Part shown: piece after piece, positions 12,721 through 23,122 of the stretch
How the letters are laid out: each line of letters begins with the position of its first letter
Numbering within the stretch: the first letter of the stretch is position 1
Source of the DNA: an uncultured delta proteobacterium
GTDB taxonomy: Bacteria; Myxococcota; B64-G9
Length of the DNA: 64,000 nucleotides
Direction: 5' to 3'
Assembly: GCA_963754925.1 (NCBI GenBank)
Contig: CAVWHX010000009.1
Location: 1-64,000 of the forward strand
Made by a program: the position numbers and the translations under genes
The notes under the pieces: model-generated
Databases searched by the model: none
The model's input: the letters and a program-made list of their open reading frames with translations, nothing else
Told to the model about the DNA's origin: nothing

Positions 12721-14082
12721 TCAATGGAACCGCTTCAACTCTTGCAACCAAGCCTGGGCGCTTTGTTGTACCGGGTCCCACGGACTGCTCAGGGGCGGCG
12801 TGTAGCTCAGGTCCAGATCGACGAGATCTTCGACCTTCATTTCGTGGAAGAGCGCCGCGGCAAGCACATCCACCCGCTTGGACACTTCAGCTCCATGACG
12901 TCCTAGCACCTGGGCGCCGAGCAGCCGTCCGGTCTGGCGGTCGCCGGTCACACGGATCCTCATCCGCGTGGCTCCCGGGTAGTAGACCTTGTGATCCCAC
13001 GGTTCGCAATCGGCGGAAAGGGGGTCGTAACCGGCGGCCCGTGCCTCCTCTGTGCGCAGGCCGGTCCGCGCGACGACCAAGCCGAAGATCTTGACGACTT
13101 GGGTGCCCAACGTGCCCCCAAATTCCCGGTCACCGCCCGCGGCATTCTCGCCGGCGATCCGGCCCTGCTTGTGCGCCGTGGTGCCGAGCGGGAGGTATGA
13201 GTTCTGGCCCAGGATGCGGTGATAGGTTTCCGTACAATCACCTGCCGCAAAGACATCGGGGGCGCTCGTCGCCATCCTGCGGTCGACGCGGATGGCCCCC
13301 TTCACGCCTGTCGTGATGCCAGCAGATCGTGCCAGCTCCGTATCAGGCGCCGCGCCAGTGGCGACGATGATCAACTCGACAGTCTTCCGGAAGTCTTGGC
13401 CACCCGTCACCAGCAAATTATCTCTCTCTCGCCGGACGCTCTTTACACCTACACCGGTTGCGACCTCCAAACCCCGCTCGACTAGCTCCGTCCGCACTAG
13501 CTCCCCGAGGTCCGGATCCACCGTCTGCAGTATGCTTGAGGCATACTCAACCACGGTCACGGCGATCCCCCGTTGAGCGAGGGCGTCCGCCATCTCCATT
13601 CCGATGTAGCCACCCCCGACGACCAGTGCGGTCTTCGGCCGGCGATCGGCGAGCCATCGGTTCACATCAAAGGCATCCTGCATCCAGCGCAGAAAGAAGA
13701 CCCCAGGAAGCGCAATGTCCTGTATAGGGGGACGCACGGATGCTGCGCCAGTCCCGATGACCAGGCGGTCGTAGGTCAAACGCTTGGTCTCGCCCGACGA
13801 TCTGACCACCAAGACCTCTTTGCGGTCTACGTCTATCGCCTTGGCTCGGTGCTCCAGTAGCAACTCGATGCCTTCGGCCTCGATGTCTGCGGCGCTCCGG
13901 TGGGCCAGGTTTTTCCATTCATCCACTTCCCCGCTCAGGAAAAAAGGAATTCCGCAAATGCTGTAGTTTGGGAAACTGTCAGCTACAACCACGGTGATAT
14001 GAGCATCGCCGCTAATCTCTCTAGCCCGAAGTGCCGCGCTGATCCCCGCGTCGCTGCCGCCGATGACAAGTATACGAATCAT
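12721..14082 (-). CDS. FAD-dependent pyridine nucleotide-disulfide oxidoreductase (CoA-disulfide reductase/NADH oxidase-like)
   Basis: IGGSDAG FAD motif, single redox Cys YSICGIP, VGGGYIGMEMA, AAGDC and LDLSYTPPLS dimerisation motif. Confidence 0.9.
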   Translation of the reverse strand: MIRILVIGGSDAGISAALRAREISGDAHITVVVADSFPNYSICGIPFFLSGEVDEWKNLAHRSAADIEAEGIELLLEHRAKAIDVDRKEVLVVRSSGETKRLTYDRLVIGTGAASVRPPIQDIALPGVFFLRWMQDAFDVNRWLADRRPKTALVVGGGYIGMEMADALAQRGIAVTVVEYASSILQTVDPDLGELVRTELVERGLEVATGVGVKSVRRERDNLLVTGGQDFRKTVELIIVATGAAPDTELARSAGITTGVKGAIRVDRRMATSAPDVFAAGDCTETYHRILGQNSYLPLGTTAHKQGRIAGENAAGGDREFGGTLGTQVVKIFGLVVARTGLRTEEARAAGYDPLSADCEPWDHKVYYPGATRMRIRVTGDRQTGRLLGAQVLGRHGAEVSKRVDVLAAALFHEMKVEDLVDLDLSYTPPLSSPWDPVQQSAQAWLQELKRFH

Positions 14083-14180
14083 GTTTGTGCTCTATTCCCG
14101 AATTCTCCTCGCGCCGACTCCTTTGGTCGTTGCACGTCGATGAATAGGGGCCCAACGAAGAATTGAGCAGCGTCTTTCAC
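14079..14180 (-). pseudogene. 33-codon arsR'/'arsC chimeric leader ORF (deletion scar)
   Basis: VKDAAQFF (identical to the ArsR start) joined to VGPLFIDVQRPKESARG (cf. ArsC 10585..11088 VGPLFIDEQQRNESARG). Its TGA overlaps the oxidoreductase ATG. Confidence 0.8.
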
Positions 14181-14197
14181 GATCGCCTCCCAAGCAA

Positions 14198-14233
14198 TTA
14201 CATACGTATAACCGGATATACGAATATTGTCAA
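14198..14233 (-). promoter_or_regulatory. Second copy of the ArsR-type promoter/operator
   Basis: TTGACA-17 nt-TATACG with the same GTATATCCGGTTATAC core as 12615-12651, followed by RBS ggagg and GTG. Confidence 0.75.
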
Positions 14234-14329
14234 GAGGAACAACTCCTTCCCTGTCAATACTCGTGTTTTAGGCTGAGATGGTCGGCATCAAAAGAAAATA
14301 CGTGCCCGTTCCTGGACGCACCTTCTCGA

Positions 14330-16300
14330 CTATAGAATTTCTCTTAGCTTCGCTGACAGTGTTGCGAGATCGAACGGCTTCTGGATGAAACCGTTGCAGC
14401 CGCGTTCCAGGATCTCGGTCGCCTGACCCTCGACGCTGTAGCCGCTGGATAGGAGCACCTTCAAAGACGGCGCCAGCAATCGCAGGGCGTCGAAGGTCTG
14501 GCTGCCGCTCATGCCGGGCATGATCATGTCCAGAATGACCAGCAAAATCTGCTCTCGGTTGTTGCGGACGATCTCAACCGCCTCCATACCGTTCCGGGCT
14601 GTCAGAACCTCATACCCCTGGGCCGCGAGTAAGCGGCTCATGGACCGAACGATCTGTTCCTCGTCGTCCACCACCAAGATGGTCTCGCCGGTGCGTTGCG
14701 ACACGATTGTCTCTGCGGCCCGCTGCACCCGGTATTTGACGATAGATTGTTCAGTCGCTGGCAAAAAAACCTTAAACGTCGATCCCTTCCCCTGCTCGCT
14801 TTCGACCGTGACAAATCCCCCGTGGTTCTTGACGATGCCGTAGACCGACGCCAAGCCGAGCCCCGTGACATAGCCATTTTCCCTGGTCGTAAAAAAGGGT
14901 TCGAAGATGCGCTCACGCGTTTTTGCATCAACCCCGACGCCCGTATCCTCGACAGACAGTCTGGCATATCGACCGGGTTTAGCGCCGTCAACCGGACCTT
15001 CAGCCCCTGACAGTTCCACATTGCCGGTGCGCAGCAACACCTCGCCGCCCTCGGGCATGGCGCGACCAGCGTTGACGAGGAGATTGAGAAGCACCTGTTC
15101 AATTTGGCTACGGTCAGCCAACACCGGCAAAAGGTTAAAAGCGCACTCGATATGGATGCTGATGTCCTTGCGGGTCCTGCCGAACATCTTGGATATTTTC
15201 TTAACCACATCGTTGAGGTCGAGTGGTTTGGCGTCGTACTTGCCGAGGCGGGCGAAGCCAAGCAGTTGCTTGGTGAGGTCGGCGCCGCGCTGCACCACCG
15301 CTTTCATTTCCGATAGTTGTTCGTGCATGCCATCGTCGTCAGTACAGTCGAGTTCCATGAGCGACAGGCCGGCCATGAGGGCCGCCAAAAGGTTGTTGAA
15401 ATCATGGGCGATGCCTCCGGCAAGCGTGCCGATAGATTCCATTTTCTGTGACTGAAAAGACCGCTCTATAAATTTTCGACGCTCTTCCTCCGCCCGCCGG
15501 CGCTCGGTGATGTCGGTGGAGATGATCAAAATCCGTTCGGTGGGGCCGACGCTTGGCAGAGGCACCAACCGCGCATGCACCCGTATGCCGTCGCCTATTT
15601 CGTGTTCAAACTCCTGCTTTTCACCTGAGGTAAAACATTCGGCAATCCGGCGCCGGACCATGTCCCGATCGGTGTGAAGAATCTCAATCGCGTCGCGACC
15701 GACCAGTTGTTCGACCGTATTGGATCCTGCAATCACCCGGTTGATCCTGATGATTTTCATGTGACGGTCAATGATAAGAATGACATCGGGGCTATGGGTA
15801 AATTGTGTCTCAAGAATTTGCTCGCTCTCCTGAAGCTTTTTCTGCGCCGCGAGCTCCCGGGATTTATCGCAGAAAACCAACATCGCACCGATGGTCGCCC
15901 CGTGCTCGTCGCGTATGGGCGCTCCGCTTTCGGTGATTGGGTGCTCGGTCCCGTCCCGGGCGATGAGCAGGGTACGGTCGGCCAGGCCTATCACCATGCC
16001 ATCGTGCACTATTCGCTCGACCGGGCTCTCGATCTCGGCGCGAGTCTCCTCGTTGATGATGCGAAAAACCTGTGCGAGCGATAGGCCGAGCGCCTCGGCT
16101 TCGCTCCAGCCGGTCAGCTCCTCGGCCATGCGGTTCATCTGAAGGATGGTGCCGGCGGTGTCGGTTGCGATGACTGCATCGCTGATGCTGTACAGTCTGG
16201 TCCGGAATTGCTGCGCTTCCTGTCCAAGACGTTCGACTCGGGATAGAATCTCATCATTCTGGTGCCCATGATGGTCCTGCGTCTTGTTACGGTCACTCAT
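14330..16300 (-). CDS. Hybrid sensor histidine kinase (PAS-PAS-HisKA-HATPase-receiver)
   Basis: Two PAS-like segments, AGGIAHDFNNLL H-box, QVLLNLLVNA, DTGVG, GLGLA, and receiver ILVVDDE...ILDMIMP...KPF. Confidence 0.93.
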   Translation of the reverse strand: MSDRNKTQDHHGHQNDEILSRVERLGQEAQQFRTRLYSISDAVIATDTAGTILQMNRMAEELTGWSEAEALGLSLAQVFRIINEETRAEIESPVERIVHDGMVIGLADRTLLIARDGTEHPITESGAPIRDEHGATIGAMLVFCDKSRELAAQKKLQESEQILETQFTHSPDVILIIDRHMKIIRINRVIAGSNTVEQLVGRDAIEILHTDRDMVRRRIAECFTSGEKQEFEHEIGDGIRVHARLVPLPSVGPTERILIISTDITERRRAEEERRKFIERSFQSQKMESIGTLAGGIAHDFNNLLAALMAGLSLMELDCTDDDGMHEQLSEMKAVVQRGADLTKQLLGFARLGKYDAKPLDLNDVVKKISKMFGRTRKDISIHIECAFNLLPVLADRSQIEQVLLNLLVNAGRAMPEGGEVLLRTGNVELSGAEGPVDGAKPGRYARLSVEDTGVGVDAKTRERIFEPFFTTRENGYVTGLGLASVYGIVKNHGGFVTVESEQGKGSTFKVFLPATEQSIVKYRVQRAAETIVSQRTGETILVVDDEEQIVRSMSRLLAAQGYEVLTARNGMEAVEIVRNNREQILLVILDMIMPGMSGSQTFDALRLLAPSLKVLLSSGYSVEGQATEILERGCNGFIQKPFDLATLSAKLREIL

Positions 16301-16626
16301 GGTGTCCCCCACGGGATGTCACAGTGCCCGAGCATACGGACTATTCATCCGCCCGGCTCGACAGTCGCCCCAAGTACTAAATGATCAAGCGTGAAGGTAA
16401 TATGATCTAACTTGGAAAAATTTTGAGTTAACTTGAGTTAATCAACGACGTTTTGTCAACAGGTTTCTCTCAGGTTTGCCTTTTGGATGGGGCAGGCAGC
16501 AGTTCAATCCAAAAGAGAGCTTGCAATTTGCGTGATAAGCTCATATCGATATCCCACTATATAAAGCATTTCTACCATGAATCAGATGGGATACGTCATT
16601 GCCAACATCCAAAAGGAGCGGTAGTT

Positions 16627-18360
16627 ATGAACGGCGGGGCTGTTATAGCGCAAGTGCTCAAGGATCATGCTGTCCGTTTCATCTTCACCGTGTGCGGCGG
16701 CCATATATCCCCGATCCTCACCGAGAGCAATAAGGTGGGAATCCGGGTTATTGACGTCCGGCACGAAGCAAATGCGGTTTTCGCCGCCGATGCGGTGAGC
16801 AGGCTTACCGGGGTGCCCGGGGTTGCGGCCGTGACTGCCGGTCCCGGCGTGACAAACACCGTAACGGCGTTGACCAACGCTTTCATGGCGCAGTCGCCCC
16901 TGGTCGTCTTAGGTGGCGCGGCGGCGACCGTGCTGCGGGGAAGAGGCTCTCTTCAAGATATCGATCAGCGTTCCATCATCCGTAAGGCGGTAAAAGCGAA
17001 TTTCACCATCGAACGCAACTGCGACATCATCCCCGCCATTGAATTCGCCTTTGCACATGCGCAATCCGGGGTGCCGGGACCGGTATTTGTCGAATGCCCC
17101 ATCGACCTCTTATATGACGAACGGTTAGTGAGAAAATGGTACGGCATCAAAAGCTCAACCACGGATGACACGTCGATTCGAAACCGAGCTATTGCATGGT
17201 ACCTGCAACGCCATCTCAACAAAATGTACACCTGCGATCCCGAGTCCATGGAGCGTCGGAACATTCCGCCGACAAAACCGGACCACAAGAAACGCGCTGC
17301 GGTCAAGGCACTGAATTTGATTAGTAAAGCCAAGCGGCCGCTTCTCATTGTCGGAAGCCAAGCCCTTCTCAATCCCGCGCGGGCTTTGACGCTGGCGGAT
17401 TCGATCAACACCTTGGGCATTCCCGCGTACCTGACCGGCATGGCGCGCGGGTTGCTCGGTCGGGAGCACCCGCTGCAGTTTCACCATAAACGTAGTGAGG
17501 CGCTGGCGGAATGCGACCTCGTCATACTTGCCGGCATGCCGTGCGATTTCCGCCTCAATTACGGGAGATCAATCAATGCGAAAGCAACGACCATAGCCGT
17601 CAACCGCAGCAGGCATGACCTGGCGCTGAACCATACGCCCGATCTCGCCGTGCATGCCGATCCGGCTGAATTCATAATTGCCTGCGCTTCAACGCAGGCT
17701 GCGGCCGTGCCCCGCGATGACTGGAAGCGCACCCTGCGGACAAGAGAAGAACAGCGCAAAACCGAGATAACCCGCCGCTCAGAAGAAAAAACCGAGAACA
17801 TAAACCCCCTCCATATGTTAAAAGAAATAGACGCCGTCCTGAAGGATGAAAGCATTATTGTCGCGGACGGCGGCGATTTCGTCGCCTCGGCATCGTATAT
17901 CGTACGCCCACCCGGCGCGCTCTCATGGCTTGACCCGGGCGTCTTCGGCACGCTGGGGGTCGGCGGCGGCTTCGCCCTAGGCGCAAAGCTCTGCCGGCCG
18001 GAGTTTGATGTGTGGCTCCGATGGGGCGACGGCGCCGCCGGGTACAGCCTGGTCGAGTTCGATTCCTTTGTTCGGCACGGCGCGCCGGTCATTGCCGTGA
18101 TTGGAAACGACGCGGGATGGACACAGATCACCCGCGACCAGGTTGAATACCTCAAGGATGACGTGGCCACGGTCCTGCGCCACTCGAACTATGAACTGAT
18201 CGCCGATAGTCTTGGTGCAAAAGGATTCAAGATCTCGGATGAGAGTCAAATTGAAAAGACGCTTCGGCAGGCGCAGGAACTGGCCCGACGGGGTACTCCG
18301 GTGCTCATCAACGCCCTTATCGGAAAAACGGATTTTCGGAAGGGATCAATCTCGATGTGA
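16627..18360 (+). CDS. Thiamine diphosphate-dependent enzyme (acetolactate synthase-like/2-hydroxyacyl-CoA lyase, IlvBL type)
   Basis: [33 protein letters not shown]...GND ThDP motif, C-terminal [11 protein letters not shown] aaggag. Confidence 0.88.
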   Translation: MNGGAVIAQVLKDHAVRFIFTVCGGHISPILTESNKVGIRVIDVRHEANAVFAADAVSRLTGVPGVAAVTAGPGVTNTVTALTNAFMAQSPLVVLGGAAATVLRGRGSLQDIDQRSIIRKAVKANFTIERNCDIIPAIEFAFAHAQSGVPGPVFVECPIDLLYDERLVRKWYGIKSSTTDDTSIRNRAIAWYLQRHLNKMYTCDPESMERRNIPPTKPDHKKRAAVKALNLISKAKRPLLIVGSQALLNPARALTLADSINTLGIPAYLTGMARGLLGREHPLQFHHKRSEALAECDLVILAGMPCDFRLNYGRSINAKATTIAVNRSRHDLALNHTPDLAVHADPAEFIIACASTQAAAVPRDDWKRTLRTREEQRKTEITRRSEEKTENINPLHMLKEIDAVLKDESIIVADGGDFVASASYIVRPPGALSWLDPGVFGTLGVGGGFALGAKLCRPEFDVWLRWGDGAAGYSLVEFDSFVRHGAPVIAVIGNDAGWTQITRDQVEYLKDDVATVLRHSNYELIADSLGAKGFKISDESQIEKTLRQAQELARRGTPVLINALIGKTDFRKGSISM

Positions 18361-18378
18361 AAGGAGTAGATTCTCCTT

Positions 18379-18539
18379 GGTAGTGGCTCAGTTTGCCAGA
18401 GGCTTACGGGTGTTCGGCAGGCGACCGTCTACACCCAGGTTCCAGTTACGCTTTGAATGCTGAATTGTTAAGCGGTTAAGATGTTTCGGTCGCGTGTCGT
18501 TCGACGAATACCCGTAAGCCTCAAAACTGAGTCACTACC
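18379..18539. mobile_element. 161-bp MITE (non-autonomous IS remnant)
   Basis: Terminal inverted repeats GGTAGTGRCTCAGTTT..GAGGCTTACGGGTRTTCG; flanking 8-bp near-duplication ttctcctt/ttctcctg; no transposase. Confidence 0.8.
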
Positions 18540-18675
18540 TTCTCCTGGATTCCCTTTACAAATTAATAATCGGTGATTACAGTAGCCGCGCACAAAGTCA
18601 TCGCATATCTAGAAGTAAAATTAATCGGTTCAGTATCACACGTTCTCTTAGTAAATGTTAGTAGGGAGGCCCACC

Positions 18676-19104
18676 GTGATTGATATCATTTATAGTGCGC
18701 TCAATGCGTTGGGGTATCACCACCCAATTCATCCGCTCAGCACCCACATCCCGATGGGCATGGTTATCGGAGGATTTTTGTTTGCCGCTGTTTCGTTGAA
18801 ATGGAAAACCCTTGATAAAACTGCTTACTACTGCTTAGTACTGGCCCTGGTGAACGTTCCTATAGCTATCATACTCGGTTTTCTAGATTGGCAGCACTTC
18901 TATAATGGAAACGCAAATCCATATATTACCGCCAAAATAGTTCTCGCTGCGGGACTCACCATTCTCCTTGCCCTGTATGTTATTCTTCACCGCAAGGGCA
19001 CGGTCAATAATAACCTACTGATGGTCTTGTATTTTCTTTCATTCCTAATGGTCATTGGGCTTGGGTATTGCGGCGGTCAACTGGTGTTCGGAGGAGGTAC
19101 CTAA
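18676..19104 (+). CDS. DUF2231-like 4-TM membrane protein
   Basis: HPIHPLSTHIPMG motif, four hydrophobic helices, C-terminal GYCGGQLVFG; GTG start after RBS gggagg. Confidence 0.7.
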   Translation: MIDIIYSALNALGYHHPIHPLSTHIPMGMVIGGFLFAAVSLKWKTLDKTAYYCLVLALVNVPIAIILGFLDWQHFYNGNANPYITAKIVLAAGLTILLALYVILHRKGTVNNNLLMVLYFLSFLMVIGLGYCGGQLVFGGGT

Positions 19105-19142
19105 TGTCGTCAAACGGATATCTAGACACAACGAGGGGCGCC

Positions 19143-19736
19143 ATGAAGAGAAAAATGTTGGTATTAGTTTTGCTCTGCGTATCGGCAGTCCTATCAGTTT
19201 GTTCGAAAACCTCAATAAAAGAACCAATAGGTCAGCCGCTTCAGGCAGTTCAAGGTGATCAGAACTACCAGTATAAAATGACCGTCGGTGTTATGCAGGC
19301 CGATTGGCTCGTATCCGAAAATGAGCTGCACGTTAAGCTCAAGGTAACGACAAACGGCTGGGTCGGAATCGGGTTCAATCCATCCAATGGAATGAAAGAC
19401 GCGTGGTTTATCCTGGGTTATGTGAAGGACGGAAAGGCTGTGATCAGCGAACAGCATGGCACCTCGCAAACAGCGCACCGAGCCGAATCCAGCATGGGAG
19501 GCGTTGAATCCGTCAAAGACGTAAGCGGCACCAATGCAAACAACGAGACCGAAATTCGGTTTACGGTGCCTCTCCAACCACCGGGATCGCTGGATAAGCC
19601 GATCGTTATCGACAAGGATATGGACATCCTGCTTGCCTACGGGGAATCACAGATTGTTGAACAAATACATAAGTTCAGGGCCAAGTTGAAAGTCAACTTG
19701 TCGTCGGGAAAATATACCATTGTCTCAGCCAACTAA
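19143..19736 (+). CDS. Exported DOMON-domain protein
   Basis: Signal peptide, then TNGWVGIGFNP..GMKDAWFILG...EIRFTVPL...ILLAYG...H, the DOMON pattern with candidate Met/His heme ligands. Confidence 0.75.
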   Translation: MKRKMLVLVLLCVSAVLSVCSKTSIKEPIGQPLQAVQGDQNYQYKMTVGVMQADWLVSENELHVKLKVTTNGWVGIGFNPSNGMKDAWFILGYVKDGKAVISEQHGTSQTAHRAESSMGGVESVKDVSGTNANNETEIRFTVPLQPPGSLDKPIVIDKDMDILLAYGESQIVEQIHKFRAKLKVNLSSGKYTIVSAN

Positions 19737-19755
19737 CGATTACCGGTGAAAACGG

Positions 19756-20544
19756 ATGAAGAGCGTATCGATCGTCTCGGCATTCAGTATTGTAGCCGCG
19801 GTCCTGGCGCCGCTAGGCCGATCGAGTGGTCATGGCCTTGAAGCGAATGCCGACTGGAAAGATATCGGAGTAGAGGAAAAGCTCGGGAAAAAAGTTCCGC
19901 TGGACGCTTCTTTTCTCGACGAACAGGGAAAGAAGTACGTCTTTAAAAACGCGCTTGACCGTCCGATGTTGATTCTTCCTATTTATTACTCCTGCCCCGA
20001 ATCATGCGGCCTGATGATTGCTAATTTGGCCGTGACGCTCAACCACGTGACGCTGAATCCGGGGAAGGACTTCAGCGTGGTTTCGCTCAGCATCGATGAG
20101 GAGGACAATCCTGCGTCCGCCCTGCAAACCAAAGAGAATTATTCAAGACTCCTCAGAAAGGATTTCCCCAAAGACAGCTGGAAATTCTTGGTTGGAGACG
20201 ACGAGAACATTCATCTTTTTACCGATGCGATAGGTTATAAATTCAAAGAAACCGCTCCGCACGAGTTCATCCACCCGAACGTTTTGATCGTGCTCGCCGC
20301 GGACGGCACCATCATCAGATACCTCTACGGGCCGGCCTTCTTGCCGTTTGATATCGGGATGGCCGTTACCGAAGCCCAGCGCGGGACGCCGTCGCTTTCC
20401 ATCAGAAAGCTGGTCAGTTATTGCTTCAGCTACGACCCGGCTCAAAAGACCTATGTCTTCACCGCCATTAAATTCATCGTCGTCGGTATCATCGCCCTGT
20501 TGGGAGTGATGCTGTTTTTTCTCCTCAGAAGAAAAGACGCATGA
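19756..20544 (+). CDS. SCO1/SenC copper chaperone
   Basis: YYSCPESC (CxxxC), conserved His in FIHP, C-terminal TM anchor. Confidence 0.9.
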   Translation: MKSVSIVSAFSIVAAVLAPLGRSSGHGLEANADWKDIGVEEKLGKKVPLDASFLDEQGKKYVFKNALDRPMLILPIYYSCPESCGLMIANLAVTLNHVTLNPGKDFSVVSLSIDEEDNPASALQTKENYSRLLRKDFPKDSWKFLVGDDENIHLFTDAIGYKFKETAPHEFIHPNVLIVLAADGTIIRYLYGPAFLPFDIGMAVTEAQRGTPSLSIRKLVSYCFSYDPAQKTYVFTAIKFIVVGIIALLGVMLFFLLRRKDA

Positions 20545-20559
20545 GGAACGAGGCAGCGT

Positions 20560-22200
20560 ATGTCCGCAGAACCGTCTTTTTATGATACGCCAACATCCGG
20601 AACGAAGGGCAGCCTGCGCTCGTGGTTGCTCACGACCGACCATAAACGCATTGGGTTGATGTACCTGGTCGTGGTGGCCTTTTGGGCCTGCATTGGGGTA
20701 ACCATCGGGCTTCTGATGCGCACTGAGTTGATGTCGGTCAATTACAAAATCGTGGGGGCACAGACCTACAACGCACTGTTTACTCTCCACGGCGTCATTA
20801 TGATTTTCCTGTTCGTCATCCCGGTGGTACCGGTCATATTCGGCAATTTTCTGCTTCCCATCCAGATTGGCGCCGAGGACGTTTTCTTTCCCCGGCTGAA
20901 CTTGCTCTCATGGTACCTGTATGTCGCCGGCGGGATACTCGCGATGATCTCCCTCTTCATCGGGGGACCGCCGGATACGGGCTGGACGTTCTACGTGCCG
21001 TTCAGTATCACGACCCACACGGCCGTGACGCTCACCGTATTTTCGGTATTTGTCCTCGGCATGTCATCCATGCTGACCGGTCTCAATTTCATAACCACCG
21101 TCCACCGCCTCAGGAACAAAAAGATGGGCTGGATGCAGATCCCGCTCTTTACCTGGTCGATATACGCCACCGCCTGGGTGCAGCTTCTCGCCACGCCGGT
21201 CATCGCGGTCACGTTTTTAGTGATCATTTTCGAACGCCTATTCGGCGTCGGCCTGTTCGATCCCTCCAAGGGGGGCGACCCGTTGTTGTACCAGCACCTT
21301 TTCTGGATGTACTCGCACCCCGCCGTGTACATCATGATCCTTCCGGCCATGGGCATTGTTTCGGAGATTTTTCCCGTCTTTTCCCGAAAAGCGGTCTTCG
21401 GGTACAAATCAATCGTCGGCGCGACCATTGCGATAGCCGCGGTCGGATCGCTCGTGTGGGCGCACCATATGTTCGTCGCCGGCATGAGCGATATGGCCGT
21501 GCTCGTCTTTTCCTTCTTCACGTTCATTGTGGCCGTGCCGAGCGCGGTCAAGGTCTTCAACTGGACCTCGACCATGTACCGCGGCTCCATTTACCTGGCG
21601 CCGCCATTACTGTTTGCGCTATTTTTTGTCTTCCTCTTTTCAATCGGGGGGCTGACCGGTTTGGTGCAGGGCGCCGCCGGCCCCAATGTGCACATCCACG
21701 ACACGCAGTGGGTTGTCGGGCACTTCCATTTCGTCATGTTCGGCGGGACCGGGTTTGGGTTTCTGGCCGGCCTGCACTTCTGGTGGCCGAAGATCTTCGG
21801 CCGCATGTACGACCACAAAAAGGCGTACTTTGGCGCGATCATCCTGACCACGGGATTTCTCATGCACTATTTCCCCATGCTCATCCTTGGTCTCGAGGGA
21901 ATGCCGCGGCGGTACTATACCTATGTGCCCGAGCTCCAGCCCCTGAATTTTTTTGCCGGCATCGGCGCGTATATTATGGTGACGGGTATCGTGCTTATCA
22001 TCGTTAACCTTTTTTTGGGCCTCAGGGGTCCGCGGACCGCCGCAGCCGATCCTTGGGGGGGAACCACCCTCGAGTGGACCATACCCTCCCCGCCCCCGCT
22101 TAAGAACTTCGAAAAAGAACCGCTGATACCTTCCTACCCCTATGATTTCACCGGCAAGGTCGCGGCGGCGCAGACGCACGACGAGGATGTCCGGTCATGA
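20560..22200 (+). CDS. ctaD: Heme-copper oxidase subunit I (A2 type)
   Basis: DHKRIG, LHGVIMIF, WMYSHPAVY (A2 YS motif), WAHHM, HFH, GMPRRY. Confidence 0.96.
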   Translation: MSAEPSFYDTPTSGTKGSLRSWLLTTDHKRIGLMYLVVVAFWACIGVTIGLLMRTELMSVNYKIVGAQTYNALFTLHGVIMIFLFVIPVVPVIFGNFLLPIQIGAEDVFFPRLNLLSWYLYVAGGILAMISLFIGGPPDTGWTFYVPFSITTHTAVTLTVFSVFVLGMSSMLTGLNFITTVHRLRNKKMGWMQIPLFTWSIYATAWVQLLATPVIAVTFLVIIFERLFGVGLFDPSKGGDPLLYQHLFWMYSHPAVYIMILPAMGIVSEIFPVFSRKAVFGYKSIVGATIAIAAVGSLVWAHHMFVAGMSDMAVLVFSFFTFIVAVPSAVKVFNWTSTMYRGSIYLAPPLLFALFFVFLFSIGGLTGLVQGAAGPNVHIHDTQWVVGHFHFVMFGGTGFGFLAGLHFWWPKIFGRMYDHKKAYFGAIILTTGFLMHYFPMLILGLEGMPRRYYTYVPELQPLNFFAGIGAYIMVTGIVLIIVNLFLGLRGPRTAAADPWGGTTLEWTIPSPPPLKNFEKEPLIPSYPYDFTGKVAAAQTHDEDVRS

Positions 22201-22793
22201 CCGACCATACCGACACGGCCGGCGCCAGACTCGGGATGTGGTTATTTCTCTTTACCGAGATCATGCTGTTCGGCGGCCTGTTCGTACTGTATGCGGCTTA
22301 CTACTACCGCTACTTCGACGACTTCACCAACGCCGGCAAAAAGCTGGACGTCTTTCTGGGAACCACGAACACGGTGATTCTTTTAATCAGTAGTTTTACC
22401 ATCGCCTCGGCAATCGCCGCCCTAGAAAAAGGGTCAAAAAAGATCGCCCTCCTGCTGATGGCGACAACGATCGCCCTGGGGTGTGCGTTTTTAGGCAACA
22501 AGTATATCGAATGGAGCCATGAGATAGCCCAGGGGAATTACCCAAACTCCGACCACCTCATCAACGGCCCCCACGCTCAAACCATTTTCTACGGGCTGTA
22601 CTACACCCTCACCGGGCTGCATGGGCTGCACGTCTTCATCGGCATACTGGTGATCGCCACGTGCCTGTTTTTGACGGTCAAGGGAACCATAAACAGCTCC
22701 CGGATCACCATCCTGGAGAATACGGGACTCTTTTGGCATCTGGTTGATATCATATGGATTTTTCTGTTCCCATTGTTATATTTGATACCCTGA
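22197..22793 (+). CDS. ctaE: Cytochrome c oxidase subunit III
   Basis: GMWLFLFTEIMLF, TGLHGLHV, FWHLVDIIWIF. Confidence 0.94.
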   Translation: MTDHTDTAGARLGMWLFLFTEIMLFGGLFVLYAAYYYRYFDDFTNAGKKLDVFLGTTNTVILLISSFTIASAIAALEKGSKKIALLLMATTIALGCAFLGNKYIEWSHEIAQGNYPNSDHLINGPHAQTIFYGLYYTLTGLHGLHVFIGILVIATCLFLTVKGTINSSRITILENTGLFWHLVDIIWIFLFPLLYLIP

Positions 22794-22824
22794 TGGCGAT
22801 TACGTTTTGAGGTATTCGAGGTGC

Positions 22825-23115
22825 ATGGTGGACAAGGGTGCGACCCATCAAGTTCAATCATACCGAGAGCTGGCGCTGGTTCTGGCGGCCCTGCTGGGTC
22901 TTACGACCCTGACGGTGACGGTGTCGCGTTGGGATCTTGGCGTCTTCCGAATCTGGACCGCGATTTTCATCGCAGCCTGCAAAGCCACCTTAGTCCTCTA
23001 CTTTTTCATGAAATTAGGAAGGGCCGGAAAGGTCATTGGGTATACCTTCATCATAACCATCGTGTTACTTGCGATTTTCATCAGTTTTATCTTTTTTGAT
23101 ATTGCGTACCGGTGA
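22825..23115 (+). CDS. ctaF: Cytochrome c oxidase subunit IV (prokaryotic)
   Basis: Three TM helices and KATLVLYFFM motif; lies between subunits III and II. Confidence 0.85.
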   Translation: MVDKGATHQVQSYRELALVLAALLGLTTLTVTVSRWDLGVFRIWTAIFIAACKATLVLYFFMKLGRAGKVIGYTFIITIVLLAIFISFIFFDIAYR

Positions 23116-23122
23116 CAGCGAT

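Noticed and set aside
16423..16445. ttgagttaa direct repeat / FNR-like site
   Set aside because: Spacing does not fit TTGAT-N4-ATCAA and it occurs once; not enough support.
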